This document shows positions 1-9,755 of a DNA stretch of 52,934 nt, piece after piece. The notes below the pieces were generated by a model. That model was not told the origin of the DNA and did no database searches. It saw only the letters and a list, made by a program, of their open reading frames with translations. Within the stretch, counting starts at the first letter, position 1, and every line of letters starts with the position of its first letter. The DNA is from Gammaproteobacteria bacterium (lineage in GTDB: Bacteria; Pseudomonadota; Gammaproteobacteria; JAJDOJ01), in NCBI GenBank assembly GCA_022340215.1, contig JAJDOJ010000202.1, forward strand, positions 1 to 52,934. Reading direction: 5' to 3'. Position numbers and translations under genes: made by a program.

Positions 1-786
1 GATCGCTCGAAGAAGGTCAGGCTCTATGCCGGCGAGGACGTCGAGGGCTACTCCGAGAGCGAGGTCGAGCGCATTCGCACCGAGTCGCCGGAGGAGGGGA
101 TGACGGGGGTCAGTCCGCGTTTCGTCATCAATGCGATCTCCAACGCCATCACACGCAGCGAGGCCCGCAGCCTGACGAGCATGGAGGTGCTGCTGGCCCT
201 GAAGGACACCATCGATTCGGACGCCCGTATGGAGACGCGGCAGAAGCAGCAGTGGATCGACCTGTTGGTCGCGGCGCGCAAGGATTTCTATAACCGCTGG
301 GTCAAGGAGGACGTTCACAAGGCATTGTTCGCCTCCTTCGAGGAAGAGGCCCAGGAACTGCTCGACAAGTATCTCGACGAGGTGGAGGCCATACTCGACC
401 AGCGCGAGGTGGAGGACCCGATCACCGGGGAGACCCGACCGCCCGACGAACGGTTTCTGCGCTCGGTGGAGGAGAAGATCCGGATCTCGGATTCCGGCAA
501 GCATTCCTTCCGCCAGGAGGTCGTGCGCAAGGCGATGGTCGCGTTCAAGGCGGGCGAGAAGTTCACGCTCGACAGCCATTCGCGTTTGCACGAGGCCATC
601 GAGCAGTATCTGTTCGAGGAGCGACGCGACGTACTGCGTCTGGTCGGGTCGGCGGCGCGCCCGGACGATGAGGCGCAACAGAAGATCTCGGCCGTTCAGG
701 AACGTCTGGTGTTGGAGTACGGGTACGACGCGCACAGCGCCAGGGAGGCCCTGAACTACGTCACCACGCTTCTGTCGCAGGAGTAA
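1..786 (+). CDS. prkA: PrkA family serine protein kinase, C-terminal part (5-prime end cut by window edge)
   Basis: Frame 1 is open from base 1 to the TAA at 784-786. The translation (…EGMTGVSPRFVINAISNAITRSE…) matches the PrkA/YeaG C-terminal region. It is followed by yeaH-like and spoVR-like genes, as in the conserved prkA-yeaH-ycgB trio. Confidence 0.85.
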   Translation, partial: DRSKKVRLYAGEDVEGYSESEVERIRTESPEEGMTGVSPRFVINAISNAITRSEARSLTSMEVLLALKDTIDSDARMETRQKQQWIDLLVAARKDFYNRWVKEDVHKALFASFEEEAQELLDKYLDEVEAILDQREVEDPITGETRPPDERFLRSVEEKIRISDSGKHSFRQEVVRKAMVAFKAGEKFTLDSHSRLHEAIEQYLFEERRDVLRLVGSAARPDDEAQQKISAVQERLVLEYGYDAHSAREALNYVTTLLSQE

Positions 787-854
787 GCATGCGAGCGCCC
801 CATTCGATCGGGGCAGGCCCGGGTGGGCGCCTCGCCTGGAACTGGTAGTTCGAA

Positions 855-2051
855 ATGACCGATACCACCAACACGACTCACCGGCCTTCGAGCCGCTGGT
901 ACGACCTTTTCTCCCGAGGGGCGCGTGACTGGCTGCGTCACAACGAGAAGGTCCGCACCGCCGTACGCGAACAGTTGCCGGAGCTGATCTCCCGGGTCGA
1001 CATCGGCGGCGGTGACGGTAACCGCAGGCTCGGTGTCCCCGTGCGTTTCCTGGAACACTACCGATTCCGGCTGCTGGCGGGGGAGTCGACCGCGGGGACC
1101 GGGCAGGGCAAGGTCGGTGCGGGGGACGTACTCCGACCGGCCGACGCGGGCGGAGATGGGGATGCCGGCAAGGGGCGCGGCGGCAGCGGTGAGGGCGGGC
1201 TCGAGTTCGTCCTGGAACTCAAGGTCGACGACATCGTCGACTGGCTCTGGGAAGAGATGGAACTGCCCAATCTGAGGCCCCGGGAGGGCAACCTGGCCGA
1301 TGAGCAACTCGAGCGTGAAGGCTGGGACCGTCGGGGGGCGCGTTCGCGCCTGGATCGGAGGCGGTCCTTGAAAGAGGCGCTGAAGCGCAGGGCGGTGCAG
1401 CCCCGGGGGGCGCCCTTTTCCAATGAGGACCTGCGCTTCCGTCAGCTCACGCGACGCCGTCGCCCGGTGACGCGGGCCGTCGTGTTCTTCGCCCTGGACG
1501 TGTCCTCCAGCATGTCGGAGCGGGATCGCCGGCTCGCCAAGACCTTCTTTTTCTGGGTGACTCAGGGTCTGCGCAGGCAGTACGCCCAGGTCGAGGTGGT
1601 GTTCGTGGCCCACACCGTGCAAGCCTGGGAATTCAGCGAGGCGGAGTTCTTCCAGGTCCGTGGTTCGGGCGGCACCGTGGCATCGACCGCGTTTCGCAAG
1701 GTGCTCGACATCGTGACCGAGCGCTACGATCCATCACGCTACAACGTCTATCTGTTCTACGCCTCGGACGGAGAGAATTTCGCCCATGATCGCGGCCCCG
1801 CCGCTGGCGCGCTCGAGGCGCTGGCGGCCGTGGCAAGCTTCATGGGGTACGTCGAGACGATGGCCGGCGGCCGCGCCATGCAGACAGAAACGGCGAACCT
1901 GTTTCGTGCCCTGGCGTCACGAGGGGCGAGCGCTGCGTCCTACCCGCTCTCGGCGGACCGGGATATCTGGAACGCCATCCGGAAATTCTTCCGCCGCGAG
2001 AGCGAATCGGCCGAAGCCGAGATCGGGGTGAATCAGGGAATGCGCCGGTGA
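855..2051 (+). CDS. yeaH: YeaH/YhbH family protein (DUF444, vWA-like)
   Basis: 398-aa ORF with an ATG start. It has a Gly/Asp-rich linker and a vWA-like block (VVFFALDVSSSM). It lies between prkA and spoVR, and its stop overlaps the next start (GTGATG at 2048-2053). Confidence 0.85.
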   Translation: MTDTTNTTHRPSSRWYDLFSRGARDWLRHNEKVRTAVREQLPELISRVDIGGGDGNRRLGVPVRFLEHYRFRLLAGESTAGTGQGKVGAGDVLRPADAGGDGDAGKGRGGSGEGGLEFVLELKVDDIVDWLWEEMELPNLRPREGNLADEQLEREGWDRRGARSRLDRRRSLKEALKRRAVQPRGAPFSNEDLRFRQLTRRRRPVTRAVVFFALDVSSSMSERDRRLAKTFFFWVTQGLRRQYAQVEVVFVAHTVQAWEFSEAEFFQVRGSGGTVASTAFRKVLDIVTERYDPSRYNVYLFYASDGENFAHDRGPAAGALEALAAVASFMGYVETMAGGRAMQTETANLFRALASRGASAASYPLSADRDIWNAIRKFFRRESESAEAEIGVNQGMRR

Positions 2052-3424
2052 TGGAGAGGACGCTCGAACATTACCTGCCGAAGATCGAGGCCCTCGCTCG
2101 CGAGAGTGGTCTGGTGTATTTCCCGGTCGACTACGAGCAGGTCCCGGACAGCTTCATGATGGAGGTGGCGGTCTACGGCCTGCCGGTGAGGATGCCGCAC
2201 TGGTCGTTCGGTGTGCGGTATATCTACCAGTTCGTGCAGCACCGCATGGGGCATTCCCGCCTGTTCGAGGTCGTGTTTCCCGGAGATCCGGGCCGCGCCT
2301 ATCTGTCCCGCAACAACAGCGTGGCTGAGAACGTGCTGGTTGCCGCGCATGTACTGGGTCATGCGGATTTCTCTCGCAACAACCTGCTCTTCGAGGCGGC
2401 ACAGCGATCCGTCGGGTACCACATCGTAGAGCAGGCGGCCGTCCATGCCCGCGAGATCTCCCGGGCGATCGAGCGCCACGGCATCGATCGGGTCGAAGCG
2501 GTGCTGGATGCGGCACTGTCACTGGAGCAGTACATCGCGGTGGATCGCGATCTGACACGGCAGCCCTATCCGGAATACGTCGAGGAGAAGACGGAACCGG
2601 CCTCCTCGCCTTTCCGGTCTCGATACGATCGCCTGCCGGGCGGCGGGAGATCCCGGGGTGGTGTTGCCGAGCCGAAGCGTTCACCGATCCCGCCGCATCC
2701 GGAACACGATCTGCTCTGGTTCGTGGCCAACTACGCCCCGGAGATGGAGCCCTGGGAGAGGGATGTCTTCCTCGCCGTGAGGGAGGAGTCGTTCTATTTC
2801 TATCCCGTTTTCGCGTGCCAGATCATGAACGAGGGCTGGGCCAGCTACTGGCACGCGCGTCTGTTGCGCGAGGCGGATTTCCTGCCCCAGCAGATGTATC
2901 TGGAGGCGGTGAAGGCGCATTCTGACGTGGTCAGGCCGTACGCGGCCGGTCAGGAGGTCTCGCTGAAGATCAATCCCTATCACCTGGGATTCTTTATCTG
3001 GGAGGATATCGTCGAGAGCGGCGGCTTGGAGGCGGCGCGCAAGGTGATGCGCGAGAACGACGACTTCGGTTTCATTCGTAACCACCTGGAAGAGTCGCTC
3101 GCACGGAAACTCGATCTGTTCACCTGGGAGGCGAGGCGCAGCGGAGAGGTCAGGGCAAAGGCGTTCGATATCGACGCGATACGGGAGTTCGTCCTGTCGG
3201 GGAAGTTCAATTTTGGCGCACCCAGGGTACATGTCGCCGAAATGCGAGCGGACGGGACGCTCGTATTGGTGCACGAGCACGCGACCGACGGCCGCGGGCT
3301 GGACCGGCAGAGCGCCGAGAAGGTCATGGACTATCTGCTCCGGGTCTGGCGCCGGACGGTGGAACTGCGTACGGTGGACGCGAAGGGCGGTCCGTCAAGG
3401 ATCGTCAGGCAGCCTAAGGGTTAA
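2051..3424 (+). CDS. ycgB: SpoVR family protein (YcgB-like)
   Basis: 457/458-aa ORF (ATG 2051 or GTG 2048) translationally coupled to yeaH. Its length and sequence (…NEGWASYWHARLL…) are typical of SpoVR/YcgB. Confidence 0.85.
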   Translation: MERTLEHYLPKIEALARESGLVYFPVDYEQVPDSFMMEVAVYGLPVRMPHWSFGVRYIYQFVQHRMGHSRLFEVVFPGDPGRAYLSRNNSVAENVLVAAHVLGHADFSRNNLLFEAAQRSVGYHIVEQAAVHAREISRAIERHGIDRVEAVLDAALSLEQYIAVDRDLTRQPYPEYVEEKTEPASSPFRSRYDRLPGGGRSRGGVAEPKRSPIPPHPEHDLLWFVANYAPEMEPWERDVFLAVREESFYFYPVFACQIMNEGWASYWHARLLREADFLPQQMYLEAVKAHSDVVRPYAAGQEVSLKINPYHLGFFIWEDIVESGGLEAARKVMRENDDFGFIRNHLEESLARKLDLFTWEARRSGEVRAKAFDIDAIREFVLSGKFNFGAPRVHVAEMRADGTLVLVHEHATDGRGLDRQSAEKVMDYLLRVWRRTVELRTVDAKGGPSRIVRQPKG

Positions 3425-3476
3425 ACCCGCCGATTTCCTCTTTCGGCGGGGCTGCGGGGAGCCCTGGGCGGACAGG

Positions 3477-3531
3477 CAACCGTATTGCCTGGTTTCGGCG
3501 ATACGGTTGTTGTATTTAATTTGTTGTTTTT
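3477..3531 (+). terminator. Rho-independent terminator of the prkA-yeaH-spoVR operon
   Basis: Perfect 9-bp stem CAACCGTAT (3477-3485) / ATACGGTTG (3501-3509), followed by the T-rich tract TTGTATTTAATTTGTTGTTTTT. A second 8-bp hairpin, CCCGCCGA/TCGGCGGG at 3426-3450, lies just after the stop codon. Confidence 0.55.
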
Positions 3532-3537
3532 AAGTGG

Positions 3538-3660
3538 TTAAGTGCTCTAGGCATCCGGATCGCATTTGTGTTGCACTGACCTTGCATAGAGCGCAAGGAC
3601 TGTGACCAAAGCGGCGATGGATACGGCTATTGCGGAGAGCGTGAAGCTGTCGAGTGCCAT
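3538..3660 (-). CDS. Possible small membrane peptide (40 aa), hypothetical
   Basis: ATG at 3660 is preceded by AGGA at about -8. Translation is MALDSFTLSAIAVSIAALVTSLRSMQGQCNTNAIRMPRAL, a hydrophobic helix followed by a basic tail. It lies in an AT-rich intergenic island and is below the 60-aa cutoff of the ORF track. There is no homology support. Confidence 0.25.
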
Positions 3661-3824
3661 TTTTCAGTCCTCTGTGTTACGTCTCAGACATAATTAGTAT
3701 ATAAGAAAAAACTAATATATGATACCCGTTCGTCGGGAAATGTGATCCGCTTGCCTGTATGGCCCGAGTCGGGAAGTCGAGTCTCGGACGCCGAGGATGG
3801 CACCGCGACGCGTCGGTCGTGGCG

Positions 3825-4676
3825 CTAGCGCTGCGGCGGCGCGATGCCGGCCGCGGCGATCCGTCGCGCGACCTCGCGCAGATTCTCCATGTAGTCCGGG
3901 GAAAGTGGATCCAGGACCTCGACATGCCCGCCAATGGCGCGGGCGACCTGTTCAGCCAGCCGGCGGTCGAACTGTGGCTGGATGAAGACAACAGTGATGC
4001 CGTCGCGCTTCGCCTCGTCGATCAGCGCAATCAGCGCCCTGGCGCTGGGCTCCTTTGCGTCCTTCTCGATGGCGATCTGGGTGAGTCCGTACCGTTCGGC
4101 AAAGTGCCCCCAGGCGGGGTGATAGACCATGAATCGGGAGGTTGGCAGGTCGGAGAGCGTTTTGCGTAGCTCCACGTCCAGCGCACCGAGTTCCGCGTTC
4201 AATGCCGCATAACCGGCCTCGAACGCCGTCGCGTTACCGGGCGCGAGTGAGATCAGCGTGTCCCGTATGTTTCTCGCCATGTGACCGGCGAGCGGTGGAC
4301 TGGTCCAGACATGCGGATCGTGCCCGTCATGTTTCCCGTGCCTATCGCTTATCTGAACCTCGAGTCCCTCGCGTGCATCGAGGACTTCCATGTCAGGATT
4401 CGCCGAGCGGAATCTCGTCAGCCAGGCGTTTTCGAACGGGACACCGGTACGAACGTAGAGATCAGCGCCTGCGAGGTTCTTGACTTGTTTCGGCGTCGGC
4501 TCGTAGGTCGCCGGACTGAAGCCGGGCTGCACCATGGATTGAACCTGGACCCGCGGCCCTCCCACACGTTCAACGAGATACTCCAGCGGCGGCACGCTCA
4601 CCACGACCCGGATAGGTTCCGCGGCGCTGAGGGCCGGGGTGGCCAGTGCCAGCGACAAGACGAATCTCCACAACAT
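3825..4676 (-). CDS. Metal (Zn/Mn) ABC transporter substrate-binding protein, ZnuA/TroA family
   Basis: 283 aa with signal peptide MLWRFVLSLALATPALSA. It has a His-rich loop (HGKHDGHDPHVW, including the DPHxW motif) and C-terminal helices typical of cluster A-I binding proteins. No permease or ATPase gene is adjacent. Confidence 0.8.
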   Translation of the reverse strand: MLWRFVLSLALATPALSAAEPIRVVVSVPPLEYLVERVGGPRVQVQSMVQPGFSPATYEPTPKQVKNLAGADLYVRTGVPFENAWLTRFRSANPDMEVLDAREGLEVQISDRHGKHDGHDPHVWTSPPLAGHMARNIRDTLISLAPGNATAFEAGYAALNAELGALDVELRKTLSDLPTSRFMVYHPAWGHFAERYGLTQIAIEKDAKEPSARALIALIDEAKRDGITVVFIQPQFDRRLAEQVARAIGGHVEVLDPLSPDYMENLREVARRIAAAGIAPPQR

Positions 4677-4994
4677 TCACCCATACCTCGGCGCCAATCG
4701 AGAATCCTGCCCCCGGCCGCGTTCGGCGGGTCGATGCAGGGCAACCCCAGCGGGGGAAAGCCGGCCCAACGAGCCCGGTTCCGGGACTGGGCCGTTTTCG
4801 TTGGACATGCCGAACGACCGGTGAAGGGGCCCGTCCCGACGGCACTCGGTGCCGTCGCGGCAGTATAACCTTGCCCGCCATCCTGGGAGCGGTGGTATTG
4901 GCTGTCCAGTGGTGGAAATCGAGGTCTACGGCCGATTGGTTTTCTGGTAAAACGCTTCCCTTGTTCTCTTGGTTTGAGAAATTCGGATCGATCG

Positions 4995-5841
4995 ATGATC
5001 AAGTGTTCCCATCTCAACAGGGGGCCCGGCGACGGGCGTCGGCATCGGCTGCCGGTTCTCGTCCAGGCAATCTTGATGTGCGTGTTAGCGGTCAACGGTC
5101 AGGCGATCGCGGCGGCAGACGTCCGTTCCTCCACCGGAATCGTCGTTCCCGAAAGGCGCGTGACGCTGGCGGCGAAGATCGTGGGCCGGATTGCCGCGGT
5201 AAACGTCGAGGAGGGAGAGGCGGTGAGGGCCGGGGAACTGCTCATCGCGATCGACGATGCGGAACTCGCAGCGGACCTTGCCTCGGCGAGGGCGGCCCTG
5301 GATCAGGAAAACGTCAGTCTGGCGTATAAGGCCGGGCTGGACAGGCGTTACCAGACGTTGCTCAGGAAGAAATCGGTCTCGGCCGACCAGGCCGACGAGG
5401 CTGCGTTCAATCATGCCGCGGCGAAGGCACGGGTGGACCGGGCGAGGGCGCTGATTGAGAAGGCCGAAGCGATACTGCGCGAATCGAGGATCGAGGCACC
5501 GTTCGACGGGGTGATCGTCGCGCGTCACGCTGAGATCGGTCAGGTCACCGCGCCAGGGGAGGCACTCCTGGTTCTGGAAGACCAGAATACCCTCCGGTTT
5601 CGTACCGCTGTCAAAGAGTAAGGACATCCCGCATGTCTCTGTTGGGCAGCGGATCGTCGTGACCATCGGGGCGCTGGGTGACCTCGAGTTACCGGCGAAG
5701 ATAGACCGCCTGATTCCATCGGCCGACACGGACACCCACGAATTCGTGATCGAGGCGGTGTTGCCCGTGCACGACCACCTTCATCCCGGCATGTTTGGCA
5801 GGGCTCGGTTCGATGGCGATCCCGCATCACCTCCCCGGTAG
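4995..5841 (+). pseudogene. Efflux RND periplasmic adaptor (HlyD/MFP family), disrupted by a +1 frameshift
   Basis: ORF 4974/4995..5621 carries the lipoyl and coiled-coil parts (…RIAAVNVEEGEAVRAGELL…). It ends at the TAA in GAGTAAGG (about 5620). Skipping one base restores …VKE-KDIPHVSVGQRIVVTIGALGD…, which continues as ORF 5659..5841, the beta-barrel/MP part. Confidence 0.75.
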
Positions 5842-5925
5842 TCCCGCGTGTCCTCCCGGGCGTTCGGAACGCACGGCCGTCGCGGGCGGCGACGAGGCCC
5901 GACGTATCCGGTTTCTGAAGACGCC

Positions 5926-6570
5926 ATGAAATCCCTGATCCGGTTCTTCGCCGACAGGCTCACGCTCTCCAACGTACTGACCTTCCTCATCGTCTTTCTC
6001 GGTCTGAGTTCCCTCAGCGTCATCCAGCGCGACAATTTCCCGAGTGTGGACTTCCTCGAGATGACGGTGACCACGCGCTATCCCGGCGCGTCTCCCGAAG
6101 ATGTGGAGCTCAACGTGACCAACAGGATCGAGGAGGAGCTGAAGGAGGTCGACGGACTGGACAAGTACACCTCGTTTTCCATGGAGAACATCTCCATCGT
6201 TCACATCTGGATCGACCGCGACGCCGAGGAGCGATACCGGATTCCGGTACGCGACGTCGTCGCTGCCATCCGCAACCGCAACATCCGGGCCACGGGTGGT
6301 TCCTTCGAGTCCTACACCAGCGAGAAGAACATCGTCACGCTGTCGGAATTCAGCGACCCAATGGATGCCGGGGAGGCGATCGTCAAGCTCACTGAGGGCG
6401 GGGCCACGGTCAGGGTGCAGGACCTCGCCGCCGTGAGGGATGGGTTCGAGCCGGCGAAGATCCTGTCGCGGATGAACGGAAAGCCGGCCATTTCGTTTCT
6501 GGTTTTCAAGAAGGAGTCCGCTGACGGCGCTATCGCGAGGAGGGCATGCCGCCGATCGATGCCGCGGTAG
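5926..6570 (+). pseudogene. RND efflux permease (AcrB/CzcA superfamily), N-terminal fragment with internal deletion
   Basis: It starts MKSLIRFFADRLTLSNVLTFLIVFLG (TM1), followed by a periplasmic porter segment. The sequence jumps from …SIVHIWI directly to DRDAEERYRIPVRDVVAAIRNRNI, a motif that normally lies about 100 aa further on. The frame is lost near 6540. Confidence 0.75.
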
Positions 6571-7607
6571 AGGGTACCTGGTCGGTGTTCCAGCCCGTGC
6601 TGACCACGATCCTGACAACGGTCCTGGCCTTCATGCCGATGTTCTTCATGTCCGGGACCTTGGGGGACTTTGTCTACGTCATTCCGCTGGTCGTGGTGCT
6701 CGCACTCACCATCTCGTGGTTCGACGTCACGTTCCTGATGCCCGCGCACCTGATCGCCGGCGCCGGTCAGATAGTCGGGGTGACCGAAGGGAGACGCGAG
6801 CACTGGTTCGAGGGAATCCGGGAGACATACCGGGGGTTTCTAAACGCTGTCCTCAGAATGCGCTATCTCGTGGTGGCGATCTTCGTCGCGCTGCTCGTGA
6901 TCGCGTTCTGGTATGCCGGGCGATACATGGATTTCGTTCTGTTTCCCACGCAGTCCGCCGACGAATTCTATATGCTCGTCGAACTGCCCAGTGGTTCATC
7001 GCTGGAACACACCAAGGAGAAACTGGCGGAGGTCGAGGCGCTCGTGCAGGCGCTGCCCGCCGGGGAACTGGACTCCATGGCGAGCCTGTTCGTTGCGTTC
7101 GTCGCCGCCGCGGTCGGCATCTACCTGATCCTGCTGTTGTTGTTCGACTCGATGGTCCAGCCGCTATTGGTCATGTTCGCCATTCCTTTCGGTCTGGTGG
7201 GCGTCATCTTCGCCTTCGCCGTGCATGTTCAGCCGCTGGGCTTCCTGGCCATGCTCGGCGTGGTCGGGTTGACCGGGATCGTTGTGAACGATTCCCTGAT
7301 TTTGGTGAATCTGCTCAACCGGTTGCGGCGCCAGCACCCGGAGAACTCGCTGCCGTCCCAGATCGTCGAGGCGGCGTCGAGCCGTCTACGCCCGATACTC
7401 CTGACCTCGTTCACGACCGTCGCGGGCTTGCTGCCGATGGCATACGGGCTGGGCGGGTCGGATCCGTTCTCCGCCCCCATGGCGTTGGCGATGGGGTACG
7501 GCATCCTGTTTGCCACACCACTGACGCTGCTGCTACCCTGCCCGCTGGTCCTGCAGGACGACCTGAGTGAGCGCATCGTCCGGCAGTGGGCTGCACTGCG
7601 CTGGTGA
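6546..7607 (+). pseudogene. RND efflux permease, C-terminal fragments (internally deleted)
   Basis: 353-aa ORF containing TM5/6-like (…TTILTTVLAFMPMFFMSGTLG…) and TM10-12-like (…IPFGLVGVIFAF…LLTSFTTVAGLLPMAYG…) segments. The second periplasmic loop is largely missing. The two fragments total about 570 aa, against roughly 1,030 aa for intact pumps. Confidence 0.75.
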
Positions 7608-7736
7608 GCGCCGCTGGACTATTACCCTTGATTTATACGGTCGAGAAGCGGATTCTCAAATACCTGCGCGTTCGACCATTCCGGCGACGGCAGGTGTTGA
7701 CGCGCCTCGGACTGTAGGGCCCGGGGGTCATGAGGA

Positions 7737-7874
7737 ATGAGAGACATCGATAAGCTGTCAGTGAAGGACAATCTCATCGAGATCGACGGGATCGACGCCT
7801 TCGTGGACACGCCGGTGCTCGATATCAAGCCATGGCGTCCGGCGGTCGGATCGGGACGTGCCAGAGACCGGTGA
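7737..7874 (+). pseudogene. C-terminal remnant of a TsaA/TrmO (UPF0066, YaeB-like) methyltransferase
   Basis: 45-codon ORF MRDIDKLSVKDNLIEIDGIDAFVDTPVLDIKPWRP…. It carries the family C-terminal signature (…GLD.LDGTP.LDIKPY). No upstream part of the domain is present in any frame. Confidence 0.45.
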
Positions 7875-7916
7875 ATCCTGAGCCCGTCCGATCCAAAAGG
7901 TCGCCCCGATGTGCAC

Positions 7917-9240
<1,324 letters not shown>

Positions 9241-9438
9241 CGGTTGCCGTTCTCCTTCAGGCATCGGGCGGCTTGACGGTCGTGACGCGGCAACGCTATG
9301 TTGCCGGGCCAGCAGCGCGTCACTGTGCAGCGACCTGTCCCGGCCGCTGGCACCCGCGCGGAATTATAGCAACGAACGCTTGTACGGAAGAATCCGGATG
9401 GGTTTCCGAATCCTTGTCCTGTTCAGCGAGTCCGGTTG

Positions 9439-9723
9439 ATGGGTGGGACCACGCAGCCGGTCTGTGTGCGGTGCCGGGTCACGGGGCGGGTCCAGGGCGT
9501 ATTCTTTCGGGCGTCGACCGTAGATAAGGCGCGCAAGCTGGGTTTGTCGGGTTATGCCAGGAACCTAGCGGACGGCAGCGTGGAGGTATATGCCAGGGGT
9601 GGGGCGGGCGCCGTCGAGGCGCTGAAGACCTGGTTGTGGGAAGGTCCGCGGTACGCGCGGGTCGACGCCGTGGTGTGCATGTCCGCCGAACCCGAGGGTC
9701 ATCGCGGATTCGACATTCGCTGA
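9439..9723 (+). CDS. acyP: Acylphosphatase
   Basis: About 94 aa with the signature V.GRVQGVFFR and …GYARNLADGSVEV…. Confidence 0.8.
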   Translation: MGGTTQPVCVRCRVTGRVQGVFFRASTVDKARKLGLSGYARNLADGSVEVYARGGAGAVEALKTWLWEGPRYARVDAVVCMSAEPEGHRGFDIR

Positions 9724-9755
9724 GTCCCGTGCCAGGCTCCAGGTCCGACTGGGCC

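Noticed and set aside
4740-4925. Possible cobalamin riboswitch upstream of the binding-protein or efflux genes, suggested by GGGAAAGCCGG, CCGGTGAAGG and CCACTGG fragments.
   Set aside because: The fragments are on different strands or in the wrong order and spacing for the B12-box/GGTG core. No full consensus could be assembled by eye. It is kept only as a structured region to be scanned with Infernal.
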